Shown in pieces: positions 1 to 42,470 of a stretch of DNA of 64,000 nucleotides. This stretch comes from Callorhinchus milii (taxonomy: Eukaryota): contig NW_024704743.1 in NCBI RefSeq assembly GCF_018977255.1, positions 80,726,001-80,790,000 of the forward strand. Direction: 5' to 3'. Position numbers and translations under genes: made by a program. The notes beneath the pieces were generated by a model. It did not search any database. It worked only from the letters and a program-made list of their open reading frames with translations, and had not been told where the DNA came from. Each line of letters starts with the position of its first letter. Position 1 is the first letter of the stretch.

Positions 1-2570
1 GGCAGGGGGAGAGGTGAAGGAGGAAAGTGGAGGGGAAGAGAGGAGGGCGAGAGGGGAAGGGGGAGAGGGGAGTGGGAAAGGGGAGGGGTAGAGGGGAAAG
101 GGGAGGGAAAGGGGAAGGGGCGAAGGGGAGGGGTAGAGGGGAAAGGGGAGATGGGAGGGGAGAGAGAGGAGGGGGAGTGGGGAAGGGGGAGAGGGGAAGG
201 GGGAGAGGGGAGGGGTGAAGGGGGAGAGGGGAAGGGGGAGAGGGAAGGGGGAGAGGGAGGAGTTGAGGGGAAGGGGAGAGGGGAGGAGAGAGAGGAGGGA
301 AGAGGGGAGGGGAGACAGGGGAGGGGTAGGGGGAAGGGGGTAGAGAGGAGGGGGAGAGGGGAAGTGGGCAGAGAGGAGGGGAGAGGGGAAGGGGGAGAGG
401 GGAGTGAGGAGGGGTGAAGAGAGGAGGGGATGTGGGGGAGGGGGAAGAAGGGAAGCGGAAAATGGGAAGGGAAGAGGGAGGGGGAGGAGAGAGGAGGGAG
501 AGGGATAGTGGGAGAGGGAGGGGGAGAGGGGAGTGGAAAAGGTAGGGGAGCAGGTGGAGGGGGCAGAGAGGAGGTGGGAAGAGAGGAGGGGGGCAGAGAG
601 GAAGGCGGAAGAAGGGAAGGGGGAGAGGGAAAGGGAGAGGGGAGGGGGGGGAAATGAGTGTGGGGGAAGAGAGGAGAGGGCAAAGAGGACGGGGAGAGGG
701 GAAGTTGGAAAAGGGAGGGGAAGAGAGGGCACAAGGAGAAGAGTGGAGGGGACAGAGAGGGGGGCGTCGAGGAAAAGGGAAGAAGGATAGTGAAGAAGGG
801 AAGGGGAAGAAGGGAAGGGGAAGAGGGGAGAGGTAGAGGGAGGGGGAGAGGGAAGGGGGAGAGAGCAAGGGAGAGGAGCAGGGGGAGAGGAGCAGTGGGA
901 GAGGGGAAGGGGGAGAGGAGCAGTGGAGAGGGAAGTGGGAGAGGGAAGGGGGAGAGGGGAAGGGGAGAGGGAAGGGGGAGAGGAGCAGTGGAGAGGGGAA
1001 GTTGGGAGAGGGGAAGGGGAGAGGGGAAGGGGGAGAGGGAAGGGGGAGAGGAGCAGTGGGAGAGGGAAAGGGGAGAGGAGCAGTGGGAGAGGAGCAGTGG
1101 GAGATGAGCAGTGGGAGAGGGGAAGGGGGAGAGGGAAGGGGGAGAGGAGCAGTGGGAGACGGGAAGGGGGAGAGAAGCAGGGGGGGAGGGGAAGGGGAGA
1201 GGAGCAGTGGGAGACGGGAAGGGGAGAGGAAGCAGGGGGGGAGGGGAAGGGGAGAGGAGCAGGGGGAGAGGGGAAGGGGGAGAGGAGCAGGGGGAGAGGG
1301 GAAGGGGGAGAGGGGAAGGGGGAGAGGTGCAGGGGTAGAGGGGAGAAAGGAGTGGGGAGGGAAGGGGAGATGTGGGGGAGAGGGGAAGGGAGAGAGAGGA
1401 GGGGAAGGTGTAAAGGGGAGGGGAAGAGAGGAGGGGAAAGGAGGCAGAGAAGAGGGTGCAGAGAGGAAGGGTGAAGAAGCGAATGGGAAGAAGGGAAGGG
1501 GAGAAAGGAGTGGAAGAGGGAAGGGTGATGAGGGGGAGAGGGGAAGGGGTAGAGTGGAGAGGGAGAAAGGAAGGGGAGAGAAGGCGGAGAGAGGAAGTGG
1601 GAGAGGGCGTGTGTTAGAGAGGAGGGGGCGAGAGAGAGGAGGAGGAGGGGGCGAGAGAGAGGAGGAGGAGGGGACGCGAGAGAGGAGGAGGAGGGGGCGA
1701 GAGAGAGGAGGTGAGGGCGAGAGAGAGGAGGAGGAGGGGCGAGAGAGAGGAGGAGGAGGGGGCGAGAGAGAGAAAGAGGAGGGGCGAGAGAGAGGAGGAG
1801 GGGGCGAGAGAGAGGAGGGGCAAGAGGGGGGGCGAGAGAGTGGAGGGGCGAGAGAGAGGAGGGGGCGAGAGAGAGGAGGGGCGAGAGAGAGGAGGGGGCG
1901 AGAGAGAGGAGGGGGCGAGAGAGAGGAGGGGGCGAGAGAGAGGAGGGGGCGAGAGAGAGGAGGGGGTGAGAGAGAAGAGGGGTGAGAGAGAAGAGGGGGT
2001 GAGAGAGAGGAGGGTGAGAGAGAGGAGGGGTGAGAGAGAGGAGGGTGAGAGAGAAGAGGGGCAGGAGAGAGGAGGGGCGAGAGAGAGGAGGGGCGAGAGG
2101 AGGTGGGGAGAAAGGGGTAGAGAGGAGGGGGAGAGGGGAATGGAGAGAAAGGAGGGAGAGAGTAGGAAGGGGAGGGAGGGTAGGGGGGAGAGAGGTGGGG
2201 AGAGGGAGGAGTGACAGAGGAGAAAAGAGAGGGGCAGAAAGGGGGAAACAGAGTGAGGATAGATAGGGGGAGTGATCGGGAGAGGAAGTGGAGAGGGAAG
2301 AGGGGGAGAGGGAGGGGGGGGCGGAAGATGGATGGGGGGAGGCAGAAGAGGGACGGGGGGAGAGTGACGAGGGGGGGGGGAGAGAGAGAGGAGGCGGAGA
2401 GAAAGGAGGGTGTGATAGTAGGTGGAGTGAGGATGGGGAGAGAAGGGGAGAGAGAGGGGTGAGAAAGGAGGGGAGTGAGGAGGGGGTAGAAGAGGAAGAT
2501 GGGGGGAAAGAGAGGGGGATAGATAGTGGGGAGTGATTAGGAGAGGGGAGGAAAGAGAGGGGGGAAAGTT
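1..2570 (+). repeat. Long polypurine (G/A-rich) low-complexity tract with degenerate minisatellite subarrays
   Basis: Almost only G and A on the + strand; recurrent units gagaggggaagggggagaggagcagtgg (~860-1320) and gggcgagagagaggagg (~1620-2100). Confidence 0.95.
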
Positions 2571-2732
2571 TGCATAACTTATTCTCTATAATCATTACAC
2601 ATCCTGGCTAAAACTTATCATTTTCCCATCTTAATCAGAATCTTTTAACCTCGCTGGCTGGATTACACAAGATGTCTGTACCAATATATCACCGTTTTCC
2701 TGCAATCTCAAATGCTACATCTATCTTAACTC

Positions 2733-3051
2733 TTCTCTTCAATTGTGCCTTCGGCTCCTCTCTTAACTCTCTACCCCCTCCTCGCTCCCTTTCTTCCCTC
2801 CCCTCACCCTGACCATTTCCCCCCTCCTCGCTCCCTCCCTTCCCTCCCCTCACCCTGACCATTTCCCCCCCTCCTCGCTCCCTCCCTTCCCTCCCCTCAC
2901 CCTGACCATTTCCCCCCCTCCTCGCTCCCTCCCTTCCCTCCCCTCACCCTGACCATTTCCCCCCTGCTCGGGTCCCGACCCAACTGTCCAGCGCCTTGGG
3001 ACGTCCTCCCGACGTGAATAACGCTCTATAAATGAAATCTTGTTGTTGTTG
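2733..3051 (+). mobile_element. L2 LINE 3' end fragment
   Basis: 3' UTR with ~41-bp tandem unit, tail gcgccttgggacgtcctcccgacgtgaa...tataaatg and (TTG)n; ttaact on both sides (candidate TSD). Confidence 0.8.
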
Positions 3052-3479
3052 TTAACTGCCTTAACAGTGAATCATATCCCAAGTCATGTTCTGTTTTGTT
3101 CCCTAATCTTTTCCCGTTAACTGCTCGGACTTCACCACCCTCCGACCCATACCTAACACTTCCCCACCCCCGACCCATACCGAACCAACTTCTTAAGCAC
3201 TGTTTACAGGGAACAATTCATATACCCTACAATACCCGAAGTCTGTGGATCATATGGAATATGAAATCGCTGCTTAATTCCCAGCAATTGCATTACATGT
3301 TGCATGACTTTGCCAGTGAAGTGAGAACTCTGATCTGAGCCAATAGACTGAGGGAGTAAAAATATGTTGAATTAATATTTTAGGAGTTGCAGAGGCGGTA
3401 GCATTGCGTATTGGAAAGGTTTCCACCCATTTGGAAAATACATCAAGAACTCCCAAAATATATAGTATTCCGCACCTCA

Positions 3480-4260
3480 GGCACTGTCAGCAGCAGCACC
3501 CAAAAATGCACACTCCACCTCACCAACCCGGTCAGCAACCTACTTGTCTTATTCGACCCTCTACTGTCTTTACTCCCCACACATCCATGCCATGATCCTT
3601 CCCCCACCTCCGCAATATTGCCCAACTCCACCACTGTCTCACCCCTCAGGCTCCCGAAACCTTCATACATGCCTTCATTACAACTAGCCACAATTATGCC
3701 AATGCCCTGCTTGTCAGCCTTCCCAATTCCTCCCTCTGCAAGCTGCAGATCATCCAGAACTCATGCAGCTCGTGTCCTCTCCCTCATCACAGCTACTCTC
3801 GCCCGGCTCCACTTGCTCCCCATCCCTCAGAGGATCGAGTACAAAATTCTCATCCTCACCTTCAAGGCTCTCCATGGCCTTGCCCCCTCCTACCGCTCCG
3901 CTAACCCCTTATGAACCTGTCTGCTCCCTCCGCTTGGCAGGCTCTGGCCTGTTCCATGTCCCCCACCCAGCCTGCCCCACCATCGGCAGTCGGGCCTTCA
4001 GCCTCTCTGACCCAACCCTCTAGAACTCCATCCCACATTCTCTTTGCCTCGCTCCCTCCCTTGCCTCCTTCAAGGCACGTCTCAACATCCTCCTCTTCAA
4101 CCGTGCCTTTGGACACCCTCCTATACTCTCTGCCCTCCACCCTCCCTGATCCCCACCACTCAGGTTCTAATCCCTGACTGTTCAGCGCCTTGGGACATTC
4201 TTAAGACGTGAAAGGCGCTTTACAAATGTAATTGTGTATTGTATTTTGTATTGTATTGTA
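3480..4260 (+). mobile_element. L2 LINE 3' fragment inserted inside the integrase
   Basis: ORF2 C-terminal motif LARLHLLPIPQRIEYKILILTFKALHGLAPSY; L2 tail and (TTGTA)n. Confidence 0.85.
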
Positions 4261-5918
4261 GATTGATTTCCCCACGCTGTACCCGGCAAAGGACCAATGT
4301 AATTAATTTGGAGATCCACCCAGGGTCCTCAATTGGTCTGGTATGTCTCAAAAGAGCCTTTTTTCTTTTTGGATCTGGATTGTGCTGAGCACAAATAAGA
4401 CAATTGTTGTAATAATTCTGTATATGGTACTCCCTTTTTGGCCACTATCCCACATTTTGAACATGTTTCAAGGTATTGTCGTATGCTCGGTGTACTTTAG
4501 TTGGTAAGTCATGCACCATGTAAATGATGTCATTACAAACTTGTTGGGGGACAACCCACAAGAGATTGCCCTCTGCATCAGTATAAAAGAGATTTGGATT
4601 TGTAATTTTGTATTTGTCACGGGTTTCTCCGATTCCATTTTACTTTCTTCTAGTCCCTTCTTAACAAGGCATTTCATCATGTCCAGGAGACTGTGTCTCA
4701 ACTGGGCATATTCCGAACCTTTGATATAATTCACATCCCGTGGGGATGAGTCTCCCAGCTTTCGGGGAGAATAATTCCTCCGTTCTCCTCCACCTTTATT
4801 CCGCCTCCAACTTCCTCGACCACCATAGTCTCCGCCACTAGTAGACCGCTGCCTGGCTCTCTTTTGCGAGAAATTACCTGACGACCCTTCATTCCTCCGT
4901 TGCCCTTCTTCTGCCATTGGAGGGGATGCGCTTGGACCATTCCAATGTGTCACTGCTGACACATTTACTTGCTTCTGCTTAAACGGGGCTGCATTCCATT
5001 TTAACTGCATCCTGCGAATCAACAATAAAAACAAAACTACATTCGTAAAGTGCCTTTCAAGTCGGGAGGACAACAACAACTTGCACTTTTATAGCATCCT
5101 CCACACAGGGTAACGTCTCAGAACGCTTAGAGGACGTCCCAAGGTGCTGAACAGTTTGGGATCAGGACCCAAGCGTGGGGGGGGCAGGTATCACCTACAC
5201 TTCTGAATGGATAGGATCCCTTGAATCATACATTTCCTGCAGAGCTGTCCTAATCCAAGGCGGTGAATGCCGGTCAAGTTCCAGTCCTGCTATTGCTGCT
5301 CTGGTTAATGCTCCACCATGTGCTCAATTATAATATGCCCATAATCTCTGTCCAAATGCCTGTTCTGTAAGGATCCCCTCTTTCAAATCCCACACAAGCG
5401 AAAACATCTCCCTTTGACTGAGTAGCATTTCTATTCCCTGTCTTAGTTAACATCAACTGGCAAAGCATGAAAAACTGTAGGCGTCAGCTTAAATAAAATC
5501 GGTTTAGCATGCTCCTCGTCATTTAAACCATTAAGTACAGCTATTTGTGCAACTGCTTTAAAATGCACTAGAGCATCTCCCGTGCCATTGTATTTAGGCA
5601 ATTTTGGAGCCATTCCTTGTAAATCGCGAAGTGCGTAGGGGGTAATAATACGCGCTTCAAGGATAGGTGTCAGTTGATTACCTGCCTGATATGAAGGTGG
5701 TATCCACATCCATTGCTGCGTCACAGACGCCATAGTAGCAGCAGACGTTACAGACGAAGGTGTTGATGGCCCGTTCATCCATTGGTCACCGTCTCATCAT
5801 CGAGGTCATCCCAGTCCACACCTGAGGAACTTTGCAGGGCCATATTCATTTCTTTCTCTGCAGAAAGCATTTTCTTTAACGCACTAATCTGTATTGTATT
5901 TTTTAATTTTTGTATTGC

Positions 5919-6290
5919 AGTTCTGTAGCTCAGTGGTTAGAGCACTTGTCTTGCAAGCGAGAGACTGGGGTTTGATTCCCAGCAGGGCGAAATGTTGGGC
6001 AAGTTTCCTTTACTCCACATGCCTCTGTTTACCCAGCAATAAGTAGGAACCCGGTTGTTAGTCGATTGGCGGATCACTTTTCCGGGGGTATTAATCCCTT
6101 CTAAAAAATAATTTGGTCACTCAATCCATGTCTGCTTGTAGGACACTGCTGTGCGCAATTGGCTGCCGCATTTCGCCCACAAATATAGTCAATTCACTTT
6201 ACAGTCTATTCTGTGAAGCGCTTTGAAACGTCTAGAAGACGTGAAATGCGCTATATCAAATGCAAGGATATTATTATATATTATTATATT
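5919..6290 (+). mobile_element. tRNA-derived SINE (long form)
   Basis: A box tagctcagtgg, B-box-like gtttgattccc, Deu-like gctgtgcgcaattggctgcc segment, L2-like tail and (TTA)n. Confidence 0.85.
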
Positions 6291-6344
6291 GTAATCTGAC
6301 TTTCAAACACTTTATGTGAAACATTGGAGCCTTTCTGACTTTTA

Positions 6345-6656
6345 ATTATTTAATATTATTAATCCTTGCATTTGATATAGCGCTTTTCACGTCATCTCGA
6401 TGTCTCAAAGCGCTTCAAGAATAGACTGCAAAGTGAATTGACCGCATATTTGTGGGTGAAATGTGGCAGCCAATTGTGCACAGCAGTGTCCCACAAACAG
6501 TCGTGGATTGAAAATGACCAATTTATTATTGTTTTGTTTTTTTGGAGGGATTATTATTATGGAGTAAGGAAACTTGCCCAAGGTTTTGCCCTGCCTGGAA
6601 TTGAACCCAGGTCTCTTGCTTGCAAGGCAAGTGTTCTAACCACTGAGCTACAGGTC
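6345..6656 (-). mobile_element. tRNA-derived SINE
   Basis: Reverse complement of the same SINE family; head aaccactgagctaca at ~6638-6652. Confidence 0.85.
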
Positions 6657-6975
6657 TCCACAGTTGAGTTTGCACATTGTACGTGCTCTTAAATCCTCAT
6701 TCTATTGTTCTAATTTACTGTATATAATACTGAGTGTTAAATATTCTGCTTCTGTCTCTTCCTTTTTTTAACCCACTATGCAAGTTGTTTGGGATTTAAC
6801 TCCTTCACTTCCAACCTTACACTGACTCGAAGGAAACTTCCTTAACTTTGCCAAGTGATCTCACACTTATACCATCACTAACCAACTAGGCTGCTGGACT
6901 ACCAGATTAATTGATTAGTATTTAATACCTTGTATTACATTTATGAATAACAGCAAATTACTTTTTATTCTCACT

Positions 6976-6993
6976 GACCCATCCGGGGTGCCA
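6976..6993 (-). promoter_or_regulatory. Primer-binding site complementary to a tRNA-Arg(CCU)-like 3' end
   Basis: Plus strand gacccatccggggtgcca resembles the tRNA-Arg(CCU) 3' end CCCATCTGGGGTGCCA (recalled) and lies 3 nt from the LTR terminal dinucleotide. Confidence 0.7.
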
Positions 6994-6996
6994 ATC

Positions 6997-7422
6997 TGTA
7001 AGTTTATGGCTTCCTCACAGTGTAATACAAAAGTTAATATTTTAATAATCAGTCAATACATACAACCAGGGACCCTTCGGATTCAAAGACGATCCAATCC
7101 TTCCTCCGGGAGAGAATGGAAACCACTTTGTGTAGGTTGTTTATCTGCCCTCCTTCTCGGTGTGTCTGAGTCTCTTACACGGACAGTCCTTTCCTCTCGG
7201 TGTCTCTTGAGTCTCTTACATGGACGGTCCTTTCCTCTCGGTGTCTCTGAGTCTCTTAGTCTAGTTTTTCACTCTCTCCTGGTATGAAATGTTGGTCATC
7301 GCTCCTTCACAACACACCGTCCTGCTGCCGTGTGGCCGTCTGGCTTCTGCTACTGCTCATCTCCTGACCAGACAGCACTAGTCCAGTTGATGCTGGTTCT
7401 CTTTGCAACAAAATCTCTTACA
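6997..7422 (-). repeat. Candidate 5' LTR of the retroelement
   Basis: Bounded by inverted tgtaag (6997) and cttaca (7417-7422; alternative end ctttaca at 7487); internal ~37-bp direct repeats at ~7150-7260; adjacent to PBS. Confidence 0.6.
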
Positions 7423-7543
7423 TAGAAACCAAACCAAGATGTGATGGCGGGGGCGGTGTCTCAGTTGCACTCTTTCATCACTTTACAAAAGTCAATAATA
7501 ACTAGCTTAAAAAAAGCTTTCAATTTTGCTTGAAATTCCAAAT

Positions 7544-7549
7544 TTTATT
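7544..7549 (-). terminator. Candidate WASHC5 polyadenylation signal (AATAAA); a second one at 7709-7714
   Basis: tttatt on the + strand ~280 nt and ~110 nt downstream of the WASHC5 stop codon. Confidence 0.55.
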
Positions 7550-7823
7550 GCAATACAAAAGGTAATGTTTGAAACAGGTTATTTTTCATAATTTACATTT
7601 GACAGAGAATACATTACAGCTATTATATTATCGACAATATCATTATACAATTTACTGAAATCAGAAATTAAGGTTATGTGGACTTTTCAGCCATAAACTC
7701 CTCAGTACTTTATTTAATATTGCCAGTCAAATAGATGTTCACACACACCAATTCCTGACAAGATTTCAGGCTTTCACAGAACATTGATGAAGTTTGTGTA
7801 TATCTTCTCATCAGGGAACATTA

Positions 7824-39313
<31,490 letters not shown>

Positions 39314-40049
39314 GATGACCGGGAGAGAGAGAGAGGGGGAGAGAGTACTGCTGCCAACCCCCCCACACACCCCCAAATGCAATCCGACACACTAAACACC
39401 CTTTCTGCAAACAACCCCAGACACACGCAAAGCTAAAGCAGGTATTGCATTGCCTCTGAATCGTGTGCCATTCCTTCCCTGCAGCTCCTTCCTCTTCCAG
39501 CTCCTCCCTCTCTCTCTCTTCAGTCAGTCTCTCTCCCTCTCTCTCCCTCTCAGTCAAACTCACTTCCCTCTCTGCATCCTTTTAATTGCAAAATAATAAC
39601 TAAAAGTAAATCAACCTTTTCTCCCCTCCCACACACACAGATTTTATATATATATATATGTATATATTATATATTGCATAGATGTGTCTCCTCCCCCAGG
39701 TTTGCAGCTCAGCCCTTCCTCCTCTCCAGTGTTGATCATATGACTCCTTCCTGTCACCCCAGCATGTGACCACCATGGCTAATGCTGAGCTTGCAGGGCG
39801 AGCAGAGCAGGGCAGGGCAGCCTGGGGGTGGGGGGGTGACAGGCTCAGTGCAAAACCTCACTCACTCGCTTTTGGTTTAAGCTGTACAGTATTTCGCTCA
39901 CTCAGGCTGTTCCTCCCTCTCTTTCTCTCTCTCTCTAAAAACAAATACACTGGAGGAAATATATGCATATATTTTTGTTTTAAAAAAAGCGCCATCACAC
40001 AGAACGGGGAAATAACTTGCGAAGGTTGGAAATGTGAAATAAAACAAGA

Positions 40050-40240
40050 GGAATGAGTGACTCGGACACGGAGTGACTGTGAGTGACACGGAGTGACTGT
40101 GAGTGGCACGGAGTGACTGAGTGAATGTGAGTGACATGGAGTGACTGAGTGACACGGAGTGACTGAGTGACATGGAATGACTGAGTGACTTGGAGTGACT
40201 GAGTGACACTGAGTGACTGTGAGTGACTGAGTGAATGACA
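40050..40240. repeat. GAGTGAC-type degenerate microsatellite
   Basis: Tandem gagtgac(t/acg/atg) units. Confidence 0.9.
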
Positions 40241-40269
40241 CTCATTTCAACTACTCAAACCCCCTCCCA

Positions 40270-40750
40270 CTGGTCTTTCCTGCTCCACTATTCACAAGAT
40301 TAAACTAATTCAAAACTCCGCCGCTCGCACTCTCACCCGCATTAAACTCCATTGGCTCCCTGTCACAGAGCAGATCGATTTCAAGATCCTCACTCTTGTA
40401 TTTAAATCCCTTCACACCCTGGCACCCTCTATATCTCCAACCTGCTCTCTCCCTAAACTACTACCCGCTGCTTCCTCTCGACTGGCCCCGGCCGCCTCCT
40501 TGTCCCCCATCCCACCATTGGTGGCTGTGCTTTCAGCCACGATGCCCCGAACCTGTGGAACTCTCTTCTTCAATGCCTTTGCCTTGCTCCCTCTCTCCAT
40601 TTTCAGGTTGCACCTGAAGACCTTGCACTTCAACCGTGGCTACGGTCACCTTCCCCCTCGCCCTGGCTCGGCATCAGATTCCGCCACTGTTAAGCGTTTT
40701 GAGACGCATCCGGTGTGAAGGACGCTATATCAACGCAAGTTGTTGTTGTT
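40270..40750 (+). mobile_element. Degraded L2 3' fragment
   Basis: ctccattggctccctgtc...gatcgatttcaagatcctc, L2 tail and (TTG)n. Confidence 0.75.
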
Positions 40751-40793
40751 GACTCTGCATGAGTGACACTGAGTGACTCTGAGTGAGTGCATT

Positions 40794-41120
40794 TAATAAT
40801 AATAATAATAATAATCCTTGCATTTGATATAGCGCTTTTCACGTCGGGAGGACGTCCCAAAGCGCTTCACAGAACACACTAAAGTGAATTGACTGTATAT
40901 TTGTGGGCGAACGCGGCAGCCAATTGCGCACAGCAATGTCCCACAAACAGTCGTAGATTGAAAATGACCAATTTAATTATTGTTTTTGTTTTTTTGGAGG
41001 GATTATTATTAGGCTCTGTGTGGAGTAAGGAAACTTGCCCAAGGTTTCGCCCTCTGCCTGGAATTGAACTCAGGTCTCTCACTTGCAAAGCGAGTGCTCT
41101 AACCACTGAGCTACAGGACT
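40794..41120 (-). mobile_element. tRNA(Ala-like)-derived SINE, young short form
   Basis: Reverse complement of the 38660 copy, full head present. Confidence 0.9.
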
Positions 41121-41219
41121 AGTGATACTGTAAGTCATTTAAGAGACTGCACCGAATGATATTGAGTGTTTCTTGGAGTGAGTACCGAGTTACTGCACTG
41201 TTTAACACTGTAAGTAACT

Positions 41220-42470
41220 GCACTGAGTGGTAATGCACTGAGTGAGTGACATTGAGTGACAGACTCGGTGACAGTGACACAGGGAGCGGCAGTGACACAG
41301 TGAGTGACAGTGACACAGTGAGTGACAGTGACACAGTGAGTGACAGTGACAGACTTACTCCACACGGCTGATAATAATCCTTCAAGAAAAAAAAACAATA
41401 ATAAATTGGTCACTTCAATCCACGACTTCAATCCACGACACTGCTGTGCACAATTTGGCTGTCGCATTTCGCCCACAAATATACAGTCAATTCACTTTAC
41501 AGTCTATTCTGTGAAGCGCTTTGAGATGTCCAGAAGACATGAAAAGTGCTATATCAAATGCAAGGATTATTATTATTATTAGACTCAGTGACAGTGACAG
41601 TCTCGGTGACAGTGACACAGTGAGTAACAGTGACACAGTGACACAGATAGTGACAGTGACACAGTGAGTGATAGTGACACAGTGAGTGATAGTGACACAG
41701 TGAGTGGCAGTGATAGTGACACAGTGACTGACTCAATGACAGTGACAGACTCAGTGACAGACTCAGTGACAGTGACACAGTGAGTGACAGTAACAGTGAC
41801 ACAGTGAGTGGCAGTGACACAGCGACTGACTCAGTTTCAGTGACACAGTAAGTGGTAGTGACAGTGACACAGTGAGTGACAGTGACAGTAACAGTGAGTG
41901 ACAATGACAGTGCTTGACTCAGTGACAATGACACTCAGTGACAGTGACACAGTGAGTGGCAGTGACTCAGTGAGTGGCAGTGACAGTGACACAGTGAGTG
42001 GCAGTGACACAGTGAGTAGCAGTGACACAGTGAGTGACAGTGACACAGTGAGTGACAGTGACACAGTGAGTAACCGTGACAGTGACACTCTGAGTGGCAG
42101 TGATACAGTGAGTGGCAGTGACACAGCGACTGACTCAGTTTCAGTGACACAGTAAGTGGTAGTGACAGGGACACAGTGAGTGACAGTGACACAGTGAGTG
42201 ACAATGACAGTGCTTGACTCAGTGACAATGACAGACTCAGTGACAGTGACACAGTGAGTGGCAGTGACACAGTGAGTAGCAGTGACACAGTGAGTGACAG
42301 TGACACTGTGAGTGGCAGTGATACAGTGAGTGGCAGTGACACAGCGACTGACTCAGTTTCAGTGACACAGTAAGTGATAGTGACAGTGACATAGTGAGTG
42401 ACAGTGACTGACTCAGTGGCAGTGACTGACACAGTGATAGTGACACAGTGACAGTGAGTGACAGTGACCA
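41220..42470. repeat. CAGTGA(CA)-type degenerate satellite, left block (partial SINE at ~41350-41580)
   Basis: Tandem cagtgacacagtgagtga units. Confidence 0.92.

Larger units (their letters stand above)
2571..7422 (-). mobile_element. Decayed LTR retroelement (ERV-like or Gypsy-like): LTR, PBS, gag, integrase; interrupted by L2 and SINE insertions
   Basis: Minus strand: LTR end ...ttaCA at 6997, then PBS TGGCACCCCGGATGGGTC. Capsid-like ORF 5443-5778 and Gly/Arg-rich gag tail ~4630-5010. Integrase HHCC (HDLPTKVH...CLIC) and PWVDLQINYIGPLP at ~4270-4600. Core LGVLDVFSKWVETFP, SDQSSHFT and FHIPYDPQTSGIV at ~3190-3460. Stops and frameshifts throughout. Confidence 0.8.

Noticed and set aside
27..2536. 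Many long Gly/Arg/Glu-rich ORFs
   Set aside because: Artefacts of a G/A-only tract that cannot form stop codons; open in several frames at once.
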